DNA of 33,949 nt from Nemertoderma westbladi (GCA_032718475.1 JAUCBJ010005697.1:1-33949); one strand, 5' to 3'. Positions 21,332-33,775 are shown, numbered from the stretch's first letter. Numbers and translations: made by a program. Notes: generated by a model from the sequence alone, not told the origin.

Positions 21332-23460
21332 AGATTTACATTAGATTAGATTTACATTAGATTAGATTTAAATTAGATTAGATTTACATTAGATTAGATT
21401 TAATTTAGATTAGATTTACTTTAGATTAGATTTACCTTAGAATAGATTTACATTAGATTAGATTTACTTTAGATTAGATATACATTAGATTAGATTTAAC
21501 TTAGATTAGATTTACATTAGATTAGAGTTACATTAGATTCGATTTACTTTAGATTAGAATTACTTTAGATTAGATTTACCTTAGATTAGATTTACCTTAG
21601 ATTCGATTTACCTTAGAATATATTTACATAGATTAGATTTACAATATATTAGATTTACTTTATATTAGATTTACTTTAGATTAGATTTACCTTAGATTAG
21701 ATTTACATTAGATTAGATTTACCTTAGATCAGATTTACATAGATTAGATTTACATTAGATTAGATTTACTTTAGATTAGATTTACCTTAGATTAGATTTA
21801 CATTAGATTAGATTTACATTAGATTAGATTTACATTAGATTAGATTTACATTAGATTATATTTACATAGATTAGATTTACTTTAGATTAGATTTACCTTA
21901 GATTAGATGTACATTAGATTGGATTTACATTAGATTAGATTTACATTAGATTATATTTACATTAGATTAGATTTACTTTAGATTAGATTTACCTTAGATT
22001 AGATTTACATTAGATTATATTTACATTAGATTAGATTTACTTTAGATTAGATTTACCTTAGATTAGATATACATTAGATTAGAATTACATTAGATTAGAT
22101 TTACTTTAGATTCGATTTACCTTAGATTAGATTTACATTAGATTAGATTTACATTAGATTAGATTTACTTTATATTAGATTTACTGTAGATTAGATTTAC
22201 CTTAGATTAGATTTACCTTAGATTAGATTTACATAGATTAGATTTACATTAGATTAGATTTACTTTAGATTAGATTTACTTTAGATTAGATTTACCTTAG
22301 ATTATATTTATATTAGATTAGATTTACCTTAGATTAGATTTACATAGATTAGATTTACATTACATTAGATTTACTTTAGATTAGATTTACCTTAGATTAG
22401 ATTTACATTAGATTAGATTTACATTAGATTAGATTTACATTAGATTAGATTTACATTAGATTAGATTTACTTTAGATTAGATTTACTTTAGATTAGATTT
22501 ACCTTAGATTAGATTTACATTAGATTAGATTTACTTTAGATTAGATTTCCAATAGATTAGATTTACCTTAGATTAGATTTACATTAGATTAGATTTACCT
22601 TAGATTAGATTTACATAGATTAGATTTACATTAGATTAGATTTACCTTAGATTAGATTTACATTAGATTAGATATACATTAGATTATATTTACATTAGAT
22701 TACATTTACATTAGATGAAATTTACATTAGATTAGATTTACTTTAGATTTACTTTAGATTAGATTTACCTTAGATTAGATTTACATTAGATTAGATTTAC
22801 CTTAGATTTGATTTACATTAGATTATATTTACATTAGATTAGATTTACATTAGATTAGATTTATATTAGATTATATTTACATAGATTAGATTTACTTTAG
22901 ATTACATTTACCTTAGATTAGATTTACATTAGATTAGATTTACATTAGATTAGATTTACCTTAGATTATATTTACATTAGATTAGATTTACATTAGATTC
23001 GATTTACATTAGATTATATTTACATTAGATTAGATTTACTTTAGATTATATTTACCTTAGATTAGATTTACATTAGATTATATTTACATTAGATTAGATT
23101 TACTTTAGATTAGATTTACCTTAGATTAGATTTACATTCGATTAGATTTACATTAGATTATATTTACTTTAGATTAGATTTACCTTAGATTAGATTTACA
23201 TTAGATTAGATTTACATAGATTAGATTTACTTTAGATTAGATTTACCTTAGATTAGATTTACATTAGATTAGATTTACATTAGATTAGATTGACATTAGA
23301 TTAGATTTACTTTAGATTAGATTTAATTTAGATTAGATTTAATTTAGATTAGATTTACATTAGATTAGATTTACATTAGATTAGATTTACATTCGATTAT
23401 ATTTACATTAGATTAGATTTACATTAGACTAGATTTACATTAGATTCGATTTACATTAGA
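21332..23460 (+). repeat. 16-bp satellite TTAGATTAGATTTAC(A/C/T), ~133 copies
   Basis: Directly visible tandem array with occasional 15-bp variants. Confidence 0.97.
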
Positions 23461-23657
23461 GGTTTTGGTGTTGGGAGAGTAACTGATTTGGATTGAGTGG
23501 TGATGTACAGGTACCGGTACTTCACTTGATGTAGGCAACTGACTGACAGACTGGCTGATCTCCAAAATAATTAGGCCTAACTCTGTAACTACCGCGATAC
23601 CGGTAAGACGCTAAACTCGTTGGCCAGCACCGACCCTCCGCACCAACTGTTCACAAA

Positions 23658-24365
23658 ATGACTCGATGGCAAGACGTAGGTGACGATATTCTGGATTCTC
23701 TCGAAATCCTTAAAAACGAATTGAAATCCCTCAGCGGTATCAAAGACGACGTCGCGGCAATAAAAGATACTCTAAAGATTATCCCCGGCATGATAAAAAA
23801 CATTGATCATCTAGTCAAAGAAAACAAGCAGCTAAAAGCAGAAAACGAAGAGTTGGCCCAGTACTCTCGCCGTCACGATATCTTAATTCATGCTGTACCA
23901 GAAAACACCAACCCAGATGAAGAACGTTCCGCTGTCTTTGATATTACAAATAAACTCGGAATTCCTCCTTCTATGATCGATGTGTTCCACAGGCTAGGCA
24001 AGAAAATCAAGGAAAGGGCTGCTGGAGACGGTAAAGTTAAATGTCGCCCTATTATAATACGCTTTCTAGGCCACGCTTCTCGACTACAAGCTATCCGGAG
24101 TAAAAAATCGTTGCCAAATCCGTTATACGTAACGGAACATCTAATTCCATCCCGTGCTGAGCTGTACAACAAAGCGCGTGAGCTACAACGTAAACACGAA
24201 ATACGAGCGGTATATTCATTCAATGGAGTTGTTATGATTCGCATTAAAGAAAATGATTTACCACTGCGCATTGCGAACCAATCCGACCTTGAGTCGTTGA
24301 CTACCCTACCAACTAGGAAAACCATTGATCGTCATAGCCCACCAATCCCAAACTCTTCTGGATAA
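23658..24365 (+). CDS. LINE ORF1-type protein (coiled coil + RRM + CTD, as in L1/CR1/L2-group elements)
   Basis: Intact 235-aa ORF: N-terminal coiled coil, then QYSRRHDILIHAVPE, HRLG, RPIIIRF, LYVTEHL and VYSFNGVVMIR. No recognisable ORF2 downstream. Confidence 0.85.
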   Translation: MTRWQDVGDDILDSLEILKNELKSLSGIKDDVAAIKDTLKIIPGMIKNIDHLVKENKQLKAENEELAQYSRRHDILIHAVPENTNPDEERSAVFDITNKLGIPPSMIDVFHRLGKKIKERAAGDGKVKCRPIIIRFLGHASRLQAIRSKKSLPNPLYVTEHLIPSRAELYNKARELQRKHEIRAVYSFNGVVMIRIKENDLPLRIANQSDLESLTTLPTRKTIDRHSPPIPNSSG

Positions 24366-25224
24366 TTCGAATCGAGCCTAACTCGACACTGAATGCAGTA
24401 TTGAGCGATGTCATGTACTACCCACTGTACTGTTGCAGCTTCATTTCACCTATTGGTCGTGGGCTATTACTGTACTATTGGCTCTGTTAGCCTTTAATTT
24501 GTTGTTATTCTATGTAAGCGTACCGGTATCGTAGGTTAAAATTGTTTTTTGAAGGGATAATAATTGAACTTATATATGTTTCAACCATAGATCCATTTGG
24601 ACTATTTAACAGAAAGATAATAATCGCCACAAATGAAAAACACTAGCCCTATCTCTAAGTTTTGAACGGACCAATCTTTACTTTATTTTATTTTCTTTCT
24701 GATGAAAACCTTTATTACGGATAAAGTCAAATTTAAATTAATACCGTTTTTGATTATCCCATTCACATATATATATATATATATGCATTGGCCGATAAGG
24801 GCCAGTGCGAATATATAACTTTTGAGCATACCCAACAAACTTGCTTAGATGTAAATGAAATACTAATATGATCCACTAGGGGGCTCTAATTAACAAGTAG
24901 TGAGGTATGGCCCTTCCAGAACTTTTTTCCTTCTAAATTATATTTTGAAATAGCAATAAATACCACGATGTTCCACGCAGTGGTGGAAGAAAATAATTGA
25001 CACAATGGCTCTAATTATAGAGTTTTCTTTAAAAAAAAATAACATAGGTAGAATATAGACGCCGAAGAAAAGTAGTGAGAAACAGAAGTGCAAAAATGCA
25101 GAATATGTTAATTACATATGTTTCTACTCAACGAATTTCCCTGAAATAAATTGAACAGCAATAATTATTGATTCATGAATAATTATTATAACTTTTGTTG
25201 GGCACAGCTTAGCAAAGTCGAGAA

Positions 25225-25321
25225 TGACGTCCAGATGGGATCGTAGTGGTGACCGCCAGTTTGGCGCTCTTACCATTCCGCTAGCGGCTCAGGCAAAAAA
25301 AAGGTAGACCTTGAAATACTA
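25225..25321 (-). pseudogene. Second, more decayed copy of the tRNA-derived element at 18050-18151
   Basis: The minus strand reads CCTGAGCCGCTAGCGGAATGG...GATCCCATCTGGACGTCA and shares the upstream 21-mer. Confidence 0.7.
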
Positions 25322-26208
25322 CCTAATATACCTAGCTCCCATCTGTCAAACCATATCTGCAGCCACTAATATTCGATTCTTTGTTATTATATGCTTCGCC
25401 GTCTCTTGTACTTCACTAAGCTGTGCCAAACGGAAGGTTTGATAATTTGCACAAATACAACATGAATACACATGAATAATTATGGAAACTTGATTCATTT
25501 AGCGGCCACTACAGTTTAACCAAACATAGTTTGAAACCTAAAAAACAAGGAAATATATTTTAGGATTACAATGTTGCAAGCAATTTAAGGTATGTATGGT
25601 ATGGTATATAACTATGCTTGGCATGGTATCGTCCGACCCTTAGTCTTAGGGCATGCTACAGTTTATGTTTGGTTTGCTGATATAAGATGTATGCTATGCA
25701 TGCATGCTATGATAACTAACTGTAGATGTTATGTTAGGTATGTATCCTAACATTTCACGACTACTAGAAACGATATTCTAGCGACAGGAATATAATCCAT
25801 TAGCAGTTAGTATTGAAAACACTTCAGCCTTACAAATTCAGTATGTGCTACATTATTATAGCCATTATTTATGTGCCTCTATAAATTTCATTATTATTCT
25901 ATATCTATAATATTGTTATAGGGCCTATTCTATATTTGTCATTGTCTCGACCAGCTGAATTATTATTTAGTTATGCATTATGTTATGGTATGTATGTATG
26001 CTATGGTATTATACTATGCTATGCTATGCTATGCTATGATATGACATTTCCTTCATTGTGTGTATCCAATGGGGGATTTGTATTGAAGGACCCAGACCAA
26101 TTTAAATGTCCCTTAGGAACAGTGTCTACTGAGGGCCATTTAAGTGGCTCCAATGAGACATTGTCTTGAATGGGCCACTTTAACTTTTTACCCTTTTTAC
26201 ACGTTTAA

Positions 26209-26495
26209 CCCTATTCATACCGGAAATAATAATAAAAAATTTACTCTTATTAGCGTGCTTAAAATCACATGTTTAGGTTTTCTGGGGCGCTGATTATAAA
26301 TATTCCAATTTCTTGGGAAGTTTTTTTTATTACAATTTTGTTATTAGTTTTGTTTATTATTAATTTGGCACACACCTCCGAAAAATACAATTTGAAATGT
26401 CTAAAGCCGTTTTTATTTATTCCAATGAATTCAGAACCAACGTAAAACACATGTAATGCGAGAAACAAGATGTAGAAATCAATTCGTATCTATTG
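26209..26495 (-). mobile_element. Diverged fragment of the piggyBac-type MITE family
   Basis: TTAA|CCCTATTCATACCGG terminus. Internal sequence is the reverse complement of the family's subrepeat (CCGAAAAATACAA..., GAATTCAGAACC, AGAAACAAGATG). Confidence 0.65.
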
Positions 26496-26501
26496 CCATC
26501 T

Positions 26502-26876
26502 AGGGCCATTTTAGATTTAAGTGGCTCAAATGAGACATTGTCTTAAATGGGCCACTTCCTTTTAAATGGCCCTTACAAAGCATTGTTTACTGAGGGCCAT
26601 TTTACATTTAAGTGGCTCAAATGAGACATTGTCTTGAATGGGCCACTTCCTTTTAAATGGCCCTTACAAACATTGTTTACTGAGGGCCATTTTACATTTA
26701 AGTGGCTCAAATGAGACATTGTCTTAAATGGGCCACTTCCTTTTAAATGGCCCTTACGAACATTGTCTACTCACTACTGAGGGCTATTTTATATTTAAGT
26801 GGCTCAAATGAGACATTGTCTTAAATGGGCCACTTCCTTTTAAATGGCCCTTAGGAACATTGTCTAATGAGGGCCA
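26502..26876 (+). repeat. ~90-bp tandem repeat built from two palindromes (~4 copies, plus one at ~26100-26180)
   Basis: AGGGCCATTTTACATTTAAGTGGCTCAAATGAGACATTGTC... recurs at about 26502, 26593, 26683 and 26780. Confidence 0.9.
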
Positions 26877-27066
26877 CAATCATTAGTATAGGAATTGAAT
26901 TGCCGTAATACAATAGGTTACTTTAGGTAGTAACAACACAACCCCCACCCCCCCCCCCCCCCCCCCCCCCCCCATAAGCGTGAGCGCAACCAATTTGACT
27001 GAGGTGGAACCTGACAAAGACAAAATTTTCACCCCTTTGCGAATCCCCTAGTTTCTAATACAAATC

Positions 27067-27985
27067 ATTCCTTGATTTTGAAGATACAGAGATTTGAAAA
27101 TATGAAATGGCCCTTAAACCTAAAACAAATATATTAAATGGCCTTCCAAGGAAAACACATCCGTGTTAGATTGTGTTCATATTGTACAGTTAAATTACAT
27201 TAAATTTATTAATAGTGGCCCTAACAAAATATAAAAATATAAAAAATGGCCCTAAATTTACAAAATTACATTCCTAAACTACAATCAGAGGTGTGACGCT
27301 GAATGTGGCTTCTACTAAAAGGCCCGTGCTCCACTGGTAACTCATAAGGTTAGCACGAACTTAGTTCCAATCGCACATTTTCAAAGGCGAACTTATGTAG
27401 TTCCAATTGAAACGCATTTAGTTCCAAAATAAATTTTACAAAGCGAACTTAGTTCCAATCGAGGCGAACTTAGTTCCAATCCCAGAATATCAAAACGAAC
27501 TTAGTTCCAATGGATGCGAATTTAGTTCCAATGGATGCGAATTTAGTTCCAATGGATGCGAATTTAGTTCCAATGGAAGCGAATTTAGTTCCAATGGGTA
27601 CAAACTTTTTTCTCTAGTTATTGGAACTAAGTTCGCCTAAATTGGAAATAAATTCGCCAAAATTGGAACTAAATTCGTTTCCATTGGAACTAAATTCTTT
27701 TCCATTGGAACTAAATTCGCATGAGGCTTAAATTGGAACTAAGTACGGGGAATCGTAATTGCCAATTGCCAAATTATATTTTCCAATTGGCTGCAATATA
27801 TTTACTGTAAATCTAAAAGGTCATTTTATATATTTTGATAGGGCCACTGTTAATAAATTTAATGTATATTATCTGTACAATATGAACTCAATCTAACATG
27901 AGTGTATTTTCCTAGGAAGGCCATTTAATATGTTTGTTTTGGGTTTTAGGGCCATTTCATATCTCTGTATTTCTAATTCAGGGAA
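27067..27985. repeat. ~190-bp inverted repeat pair (27067-27255 and ~27808-27985)
   Basis: ATATGAAATGGCCCTTAAACC...AAATTTATTAATAGTGGCCCT is mirrored downstream. A third copy lies at about 28620-28950. Confidence 0.8.
27355..27754. mobile_element. MITE-like element of opposed 21-bp arrays (CGAA(C/T)TTAGTTCCAAT)
   Basis: Forward copies at 27355-27597 and inverted copies ATTGGAACTAA(A/G)TTCG at about 27620-27746. Confidence 0.75.
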
Positions 27986-28619
27986 TATTCTAAGGAAATC
28001 TTGATATCGCACTTCAATTGGGATTGTGGTGGATATTATTTATTATATAATACAATAACTGCTGTAAGCAACGGTATGGGAGGTATGAGGGGAGGGGGTT
28101 AACTATAATATGCTGAGCCTGATATAATCTGAAATTTACAGGTACAGAGATTATAAATGCACGTTTTTGTATGGAAAATGTGCCTGAGCTAGTATTATGC
28201 ACCTTAATTATTACTATAAGGATTGCCAGGTATCATGTCAAAATGATTATAAAATATGAAATATCGAAGGTTTTAAATTTTGTGAAATTTAAAACTGCAT
28301 ATAAAAAACTTAAAAATCTGCATATGGATCATTTTCTCCCCAATTATGCAGCGCAGGTTGTATTATAGTATTGATTTCACAAGTTTCAGCTTAACGTATC
28401 ATAAATAACGAAACTGGAGGAGGATTTCACTTTACTATTATTACTTACTTTTATTATTAACTTATAAGGCGATGGGCAAATGGCAAGGCAAGCAGTAGAA
28501 GCCACCTTTGCCTCACATCTCTGATTGTAATCCCAATTATCCTTCCCCCTGCCTTTTCCGTTTGACACATGTCTGTCTGCCAGTCTATTTCTGCCAATAG
28601 ACATCAATAAAATTAATTT

Positions 28620-28950
28620 ATGAATTTAGGGCCATATTTTATATTTTGATATTATAAAGGGGCCCTAAAACTGTTAATAAATTTAAAGTAATTAACTGTA
28701 GATTATGAACTCAATCTAACATGGGTGTTTTTTCCTGGGAAGGCCATTTAATATATTTGTTTTAGGTTTTAGGGCCATTTCATATCTCTGTATTTCTAAT
28801 TCAGGGCATATTCTAAGGAAATCTTGATATCGCACTTCACTTGGGATTTCACTTCACGATAGGCACTTCAGTGGATGTAGACCTATATTTTTTATTATAT
28901 GATACAATAACTGTTGTTAACAACGGTGGGACTGGGAAGTATGGGGGGTG
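28620..28950 (+). repeat. Direct duplicate of ~27808-28100
   Basis: Shared GGAAGGCCATTTAATAT...CATATCTCTGTATTTCTAATTCAGGG..ATATTCTAAGGAAATCTTGATATCGCACTTCA. Confidence 0.85.
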
Positions 28951-29623
28951 GTAACATCGTGCCCGTGTGTGTCTGAGTCTGTATTCACAGAAATACTCAA
29001 TATTCAAATCCCTTAACTTTTCCTAGAATTAACATACGTTTTTAATGACTAAATTTGAAACATTTTGAAATCTTAAACTATATTTGAAAGTTATTCTTTG
29101 TGGTACTAATTATCCTCTGGTGTGTTTAAAAATGGCCAAACCAAATAATTAAAAAAATAGGCCACAAAATGGCACTCTGCTGTGGCCAAAAGTGCCTTTT
29201 TGTGCAAATGGTATTCTGAACAAGTGTCAACATTTCTGAACAAATTTCAAAACATTTCAGCAAAAATCGGCGGAGAAATAGCCGATTTCATGACAAAATA
29301 TAATTCTTAGTTAAAGGTGTTTAATATGTCGCTTCATTTCTAAATTTAATATTTAATTTAATTTAATTTAATATGTAGTCTGGGAAAATAACAATATTAC
29401 GATCCATAGGTATTGTCTTATTTGCTCACAATTCATAATATCGATCTTACGATTTATATTTTCATTAACTTTTTTTATTTTCTGAATTTATTTACTATTT
29501 CTCACTGAAAGTGGACATGTTTATTGAATTTTAATAGCAGCAAAATGGCCTACTTTAGACCATGTACTTAAAAGGCCATTAAAAAGGATATGGCCCCTAT
29601 AAAACAATGCCCCCTGTCCTAAA

Positions 29624-29780
29624 GGCCTGTTTACACGTGGCAACTTTTAGAGCAACTTTCTCGGCAACTAGCAACTTTTTTTGGAGCAACTTAATTTAAT
29701 CGCTGTTTAATGTTTACACGTGGCAACTTTACCAGCAACTTCACCAGCAAAGTGGCCGGAAAAGTTTATAGCAACTTGGC
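29624..29780 (+). mobile_element. Harbinger-like left end with GCAACTT subrepeats; partner end not found
   Basis: GGCCTGTTTACACGTGGCAACTTT, with TGTTTACACGTGGCAACTTT repeated internally at 29711. Confidence 0.45.
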
Positions 29781-30010
29781 TATTTTGACTGTAAAATAGT
29801 GGGTACTGGTTCAGTATGCATACACCTCTCACCAAATTAAATATTTACTAGCTAGTTTTTGATAATTAACTTTTTTTGAAATTTAGCCATTTTATTTTGA
29901 AAAAATTAATGTTCTAGAACAAATATTTTTTAGACAAAGGCCTGTGGTTAGTATTTAAAATGAACGGGGTGGATTTAATACGTATATAAAATGAATAAAA
30001 TAACTTTTTA

Positions 30011-31704
30011 GGCCGCGTTCACACTACCGAGTCAAGGTCAAAGTTAACCCTATTAAACCTGGGGGGGAGGGGGCCAATATGACCCCCCCCCCCCTCGGGG
30101 TTTTATTTATTATAATTATGAAACAAACGCAGTTGGGAATCTGAAATTTTATGACTTTTCCTAAAAATCTATTGTATTCCTAGTAGTGAAAACCGTTTTC
30201 GAAAATATTGGGTAGTTTATAGCACCATTTTTTAACCCTACTTTTGGCACTTTTTTTGAGACGTTTTTTGAAAATTACATTTCATTAAATATGAATTTTA
30301 ACATCTCTATTTTTTATTTACACCGGTTTTTTTGGTCTTAGCAATTGGATGGAATTCATATAAATTGATTTATAAATTTCAAACTTGTTTTTTTCGTCGG
30401 GTGCCAAATTTTGGTGCCAGCACCAAATTTTGAAATATGTCAATTTTGTAAATTGATTGTTTGAAACTTGTTTTTTACGCAATTGGGGTTTTTTGGGGTT
30501 CTGGTTTCGATGAAATATATACGAGTTGCACCAAGCGTATCAAACTTGTATTTTTCGGTGCTGTGTGCAAATTTTGGTGCTAGTACGAAATTTTGAAAAT
30601 CCATTCAATAGATAAAATTGCTTGTGACAATTTATTTCTTGCATTTTAGAGGTTTATGGCTGTTCTGAATTCAATGGAATATATATTTATCGAACTAGAC
30701 ATCTCAAACTTGTATTTTTCGGAAGTAGGTGCAAAATGTGGGGCTAGCACCAAATTTTGAAAACCATCAAATATATCAATTGATTGTGCCATCTTGTTTC
30801 TTGTGTTATACGGGTTTGTTAGGGTTCTGAATTCAATGGAAACAGTAAAAATTTCATAAAAGTTTTCAAACTTGTATTTTTCGCCGGTGGGTGAAAATTG
30901 TTGTGCCAGCACCAAATTTTGGAAAATGAGTAAATTGATCAGTAGATAGTATCACCTTGTTTCTTGCGTTATACGGGTTTATGAGGGTCCTGAATCCGAT
31001 GGAATCAATAAAAACAGCACTGGACATCGCAAACTTGTACTTTTTGGTGATGGGTACGAAATTTGGTGCTAGCACCAAAATTTGTCAAATTACGCCGAAA
31101 AATACAAGTAGCAATGATCTGGCATATTCCATTTGAATCAGCGCCCTAGAAAATGTGAATTTATAGCATCATATAAGTGAATTAAAAATGTTGTGTTCTA
31201 ACTGAAAAGTGCTGGTTACTTGTTTTTTCATGTTTTTCCTACGCAGAGAGGACTAAACAGCCATTTATGGTAATCATATCATTTTTTAATATTTTCCAAT
31301 GTATTTTGCGCCCCAGAAAACCTATATTGAAAAACAATTAGCCGAAAAATGTAACTTTCAAATTTTGTGAAAATTGTGCACTACTTGTAATTTTGGTGCT
31401 GCAATATTACCACCCCAGTAAGTTCAGACATTTTCGTTAATATTTGTAGATTTTAGAGGGAGGGGTCAATATGACCCCCCCCCCCCCCCCCCCCCGGTAT
31501 TTGTACAGCATTTTATAGCCCGGTACTAATAGGGTTTTAAAAGACAAAATGTAAAACATATCACATGAAATTAATTTTATCTAGAATGCCCTTATGTATT
31601 ATATTAGGCCTATATAATGTATTATTATTTATTATTGCTAGCTAGCTATATTTATTTTCTTTTGAATTTGACCTTGACTTTGACTCGGTAGTGTAAACGC
31701 GGTC
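30011..31704. mobile_element. PIF/Harbinger-type MITE interrupted by a piggyBac-type MITE
   Basis: TIR GGCCGCGTTCACACTACCGAGTCAA mirrors TTGACTCGGTAGTGTAAACGCGGTC. 3-bp TSD TTA at 30008-30010 and 31705-31707. Confidence 0.85.
30048..31534 (+). mobile_element. piggyBac-type MITE with both ends (~1.49 kb) and internal ~162-bp subrepeats
   Basis: TTAA|CCCTATTA ... TAATAGGG|TTTTAA (right target site imperfect). CAAACTTGT recurs at about 30380, 30541, 30705, 30867 and 31030. Confidence 0.85.
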
Positions 31705-32798
31705 TTAAAATTTTTGAAATTTTTCAATTAAATTATCATGAGATCTAGTAAAATTTATGGTAGCTACAGTAATAAATAATAAAAGCAATGATTAAAGTAA
31801 TTTCAACAAGAAATTTTTTTTTTAATTTTAAAATTTTATTGTTTCACTAGCTAATAAAAAGTATTAGCTAACACAAAATCAAAATTTCTAGCTACAATCT
31901 TACTGTCAAAATGTCAAATGTTCTAGAATAAAAACCTCATGATAAAAGCTATTTTTCAAAAGAAAAAATTGGACTTCTGGATTTCTCTCACAAAAAAACC
32001 GCTTTATCTAATACTGTTTAATTTAATTTGAATATATTTATAAAAACCTTTAAAAAGGATTGTCCCATGCAATACAATATTCCATTGGAGCCACTAAAAT
32101 TCAAAATGACCTCTATTGGACACTGTTCATAAAGGGCCACCAAAAAATGAAATGGCTCTTACAAGACACTGTCCATTAGAGCCACTTAAATATGAATTAT
32201 ATTTCATATATATTAGGCAATTTTCCCTTAAAGCCATTCAAATCTGAAATGGCCCATATTGGATAGTGTCGCTTGGAGCCACTCAACTATAATGTGGCCC
32301 GATATTAGCCAATTTTTATCAAACGCCTTTGAAAAGGCAATGAATGGCCCATGCAAGACCATGTTCCATTTGAGCCAAAAGTTCGAAATGGCCTTAATTA
32401 GTCACTGTTCATAAAGGGCCACTAAATAATATAATGGTTCTTACAAGACAATGTCCCCTTGGAGCCACCCAAATGACAAATATTATTTAGATTATCTAAA
32501 AATAAAAAAAATAAAATGTTTGTTACAATATATTTTGTTACATTATGTCAACTTAACAGCGTTCTGGTGACCATAGTAAAGATGGATTAATGATTTATCA
32601 CATCCAAGCAGGAGATAACTTCCAATAAACTTTAATTAGATTTAAATGTATAATTAATACTGTGTACCAGTGTACCTGTTAATAAATGTCACTTATATTC
32701 GATATAGTACATGATTAAAATGTATAAATGAGCAACCATAAAATCCTTTCTTCATATACCGAACGCTGATAAGTTGAGTTAATGTAACAAAATTACAT

Positions 32799-32937
32799 AC
32801 ATCATTGCTTGCAAAGGTCACTTTTCAGCGTTAAAGACCCTTGTTTATTGATGTAAACCTCCCTCGCTGCGCTCGCTCGGTACATAAATAAACTCGGTTC
32901 ATAACGATGCAAAGTGCTACTTTGCACAAAATGATGT
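32799..32937. repeat. Palindromic element (~57-bp arms) around a CTCGCTGCGCTCGCTCGG core
   Basis: ACATCATTGCTTGCAAAG...GTTTATTGATGTA mirrors TACATAAATAAAC...CTTTGCACAAAATGATGT. Confidence 0.7.
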
Positions 32938-33775
32938 AAATAGTTATTAGATTTAATTAATACGGGATAAAATTCACATTATATTTAATAGGCCTATAGA
33001 TAATTGTTACATTAGGGTAAGAGGCAAAACGTCTACATTTATGTCTCGAATATATGAATTACTGGTGGGGGATGGAATTCGTAGGGGTCGTAAGATGTAT
33101 TTAGGCTAGTCTATAAACTAAACCCCCACCAATGACAAAATGTTAATAATGAAGTGTATAGTACGCGAAATAGTGATAAGTTATCCTTCCTAGAGGTACC
33201 GAACGGTCATACATTATTTCTTAAAAAAGCACAAATTTTAATCGCTTGTCAGTGAGAATTTATTAAAACCTGTTGTTATTTACAATTTAACATATTTTGT
33301 TTGCACAAGTTTCGATCTTCAAACGGCTGAGACATCCAAATAGTGGCGCAAATTGACCATTAGTGAAAAGGTATTGTTTATTGTTTTGTGTAGAAAACAC
33401 CGCCACTAATGTTTGAAATTTAAATAAATTAATTTTTTAAATCATCTAAAAAACACATATTTTGTGTTTCCGGTCACTTTGCGCCATTAACTCGAGAAAT
33501 CACATTCGCGTTTTTGACTGTCGGTCATAAGTGATAATAATTATCTATAACGAAAGACTTAAAATCGTCTAAAAACTACTTATTGTACAACTCATAATCG
33601 GAAATTACACAAAAGTGAATTGTATTCGTTATTGTAGATATATATTTTTTTTAAAATATCTGCAAAGGCATTTTTGGCTGTAGAATTAAATTGATAATAA
33701 ATACTATTGTTTACCGCTAGGGGCGCAAGTTACATTCATAAGAACTAAAGGCAATTTCCTTGTAATTGTTTATTT

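Noticed and set aside
21332-23460. Telomeric (TTAGG-like) repeat
   Set aside because: The unit is 16 bp and based on TTAGA, lacks G runs, and is internal with ordinary sequence on both sides.
23888-24325. 145-aa minus-strand ORF (also 833-1159, 18670-18915 and 18955-19260)
   Set aside because: Antisense shadows of plus-strand retroelement coding sequence with no recognisable motifs.
24768-24808. Helitron 3' end (hairpin GCATTGGCC-GATAAG-GGCCAGTGC beside (TA)n)
   Set aside because: No CTRR terminus at the expected distance and no second copy in the window to define an element.
28386-28607. Upstream exon of the minus-strand membrane-protein gene
   Set aside because: A GTAAGT donor exists near 28448, but in this frame it is phase 0 whereas the 21296 acceptor needs phase 2. 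No convincing acceptor or protein motif.
30646-31078. Short ORFs within MITEs (also 4076-4359, 13615-14015 and 26265-26468)
   Set aside because: They lie in non-coding repeats, lack transposase motifs and are not conserved between copies.
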